64,000 bases of DNA from Bacteroidota bacterium. GTDB taxonomy: Bacteria > Bacteroidota > Bacteroidia > J057 > JADKCL01. The position numbers and the translations under genes are program-made. Below the pieces are notes generated by a model, which was not told where the DNA came from, did not search any database, and saw only the letters and a list, made by a program, of their open reading frames with translations. The stretch is from contig JANPHP010000485.1 in assembly GCA_031424495.1 (NCBI GenBank), positions 1,248 to 65,247 on the forward strand, written 5' to 3'. This document shows, one piece after another, positions 63,627 through 64,000 of the stretch (positions are counted from its first letter, which is position 1; every line of letters starts with the position of its first letter).

Positions 63627-64000
63627 CTGTAGGGGGAAAATTCAAGTGCCCAATCTGCTGCCTGCAAGGCGCGGGAAATGCGTCGTGCCAGTGCCGGGTC
63701 GGATTCGCTCACATCGAAAAAAGCCTGCTCCATCACGGGAAAGTGGGACCGCAACCAATTGACCACCTCCAGTCCATTCAGCGGCATTGCCTTGTGGTAA
63801 CTATCACGCTTCCCTTGCCCCAGCCATTCGGGGATCAGCTCTTCCGTAGCGTGGATGGCGTGTTGCAAATGCAAAGCATCGGTTTCGGGCTTCCAAACTG
63901 CGAGCAATTCCTCATGAGACAGGCCGGCATTGAGCAATTCAGGCAACCACTGCAGCAAGTTGTAGCTACTCCCTTCCCCCAATAAATCTCGCCAATAAAA
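63623..64000 (-). CDS. hypothetical protein; 5' end uncertain and may lie beyond the window
   Basis: The ORF track starts at TTG 63982, but the frame stays open to position 64000. An ATGA overlap (63623-63626) joins it to the M15-like gene. No motif is recognised. Confidence 0.5.
   Translation of the reverse strand, partial: FYWRDLLGEGSSYNLLQWLPELLNAGLSHEELLAVWKPETDALHLQHAIHATEELIPEWLGQGKRDSYHKAMPLNGLEVVNWLRSHFPVMEQAFFDVSESDPALARRISRALQAADWALEFSPYR

Overview
This window reads as a chromosomal segment of a Bacteroidota genome. That is an inference from six intact proteins ending in T9SS/Por-type C-terminal sorting domains, many lipoprotein-type signal peptides, a TonB-dependent receptor and a membrane-anchored AraC regulator. 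Hand-sampled 60-nt lines give roughly 52-58% GC. I can support about 57 protein-coding genes, one tRNA (Arg-CCU), several intrinsic terminators, two small tandem-repeat arrays in intergenic DNA and four or five probable gene remnants. I saw no rRNA, CRISPR array, integrase, phage or conjugation genes. Recognisable metabolic and housekeeping genes are: Mn/Fe superoxide dismutase, topoisomerase IV subunit B, an FKBP isomerase, a GH13 amylase-family enzyme, a xanthine-dehydrogenase-family molybdoenzyme operon with XdhC and MocA-like maturation genes, a CYP51-like cytochrome P450, a GMC oxidoreductase and a geranylgeranyl-reductase-family flavoprotein. The rest is envelope and secretome accessory content. 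No locus can be declared a new system from sequence alone. The best follow-up candidates are: (1) the tightly coupled lipoprotein/imelysin/HTTM/TonB-receptor operon; (2) an ECF sigma/anti-sigma pair followed by two secreted proteins, one carrying a duplicated 5-Cys/His module; (3) a T9SS esterase translationally coupled to a 2-TM channel-like protein with a degenerate selectivity filter, followed by a low-GC 522-aa orphan; (4) a four-gene minus-strand operon at the right edge with an M15-like lipoprotein and two tandem paralogous small proteins; (5) a Tat-leader ORF abutting a leaderless fused 2Fe-2S/molybdopterin enzyme; (6) structured intergenic repeats (2 x 67 bp hairpin units, 3 x 41 bp units). 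All family calls come from motif recognition by eye on the supplied translations. No database search or computation was possible, so they need HMM or structure confirmation.
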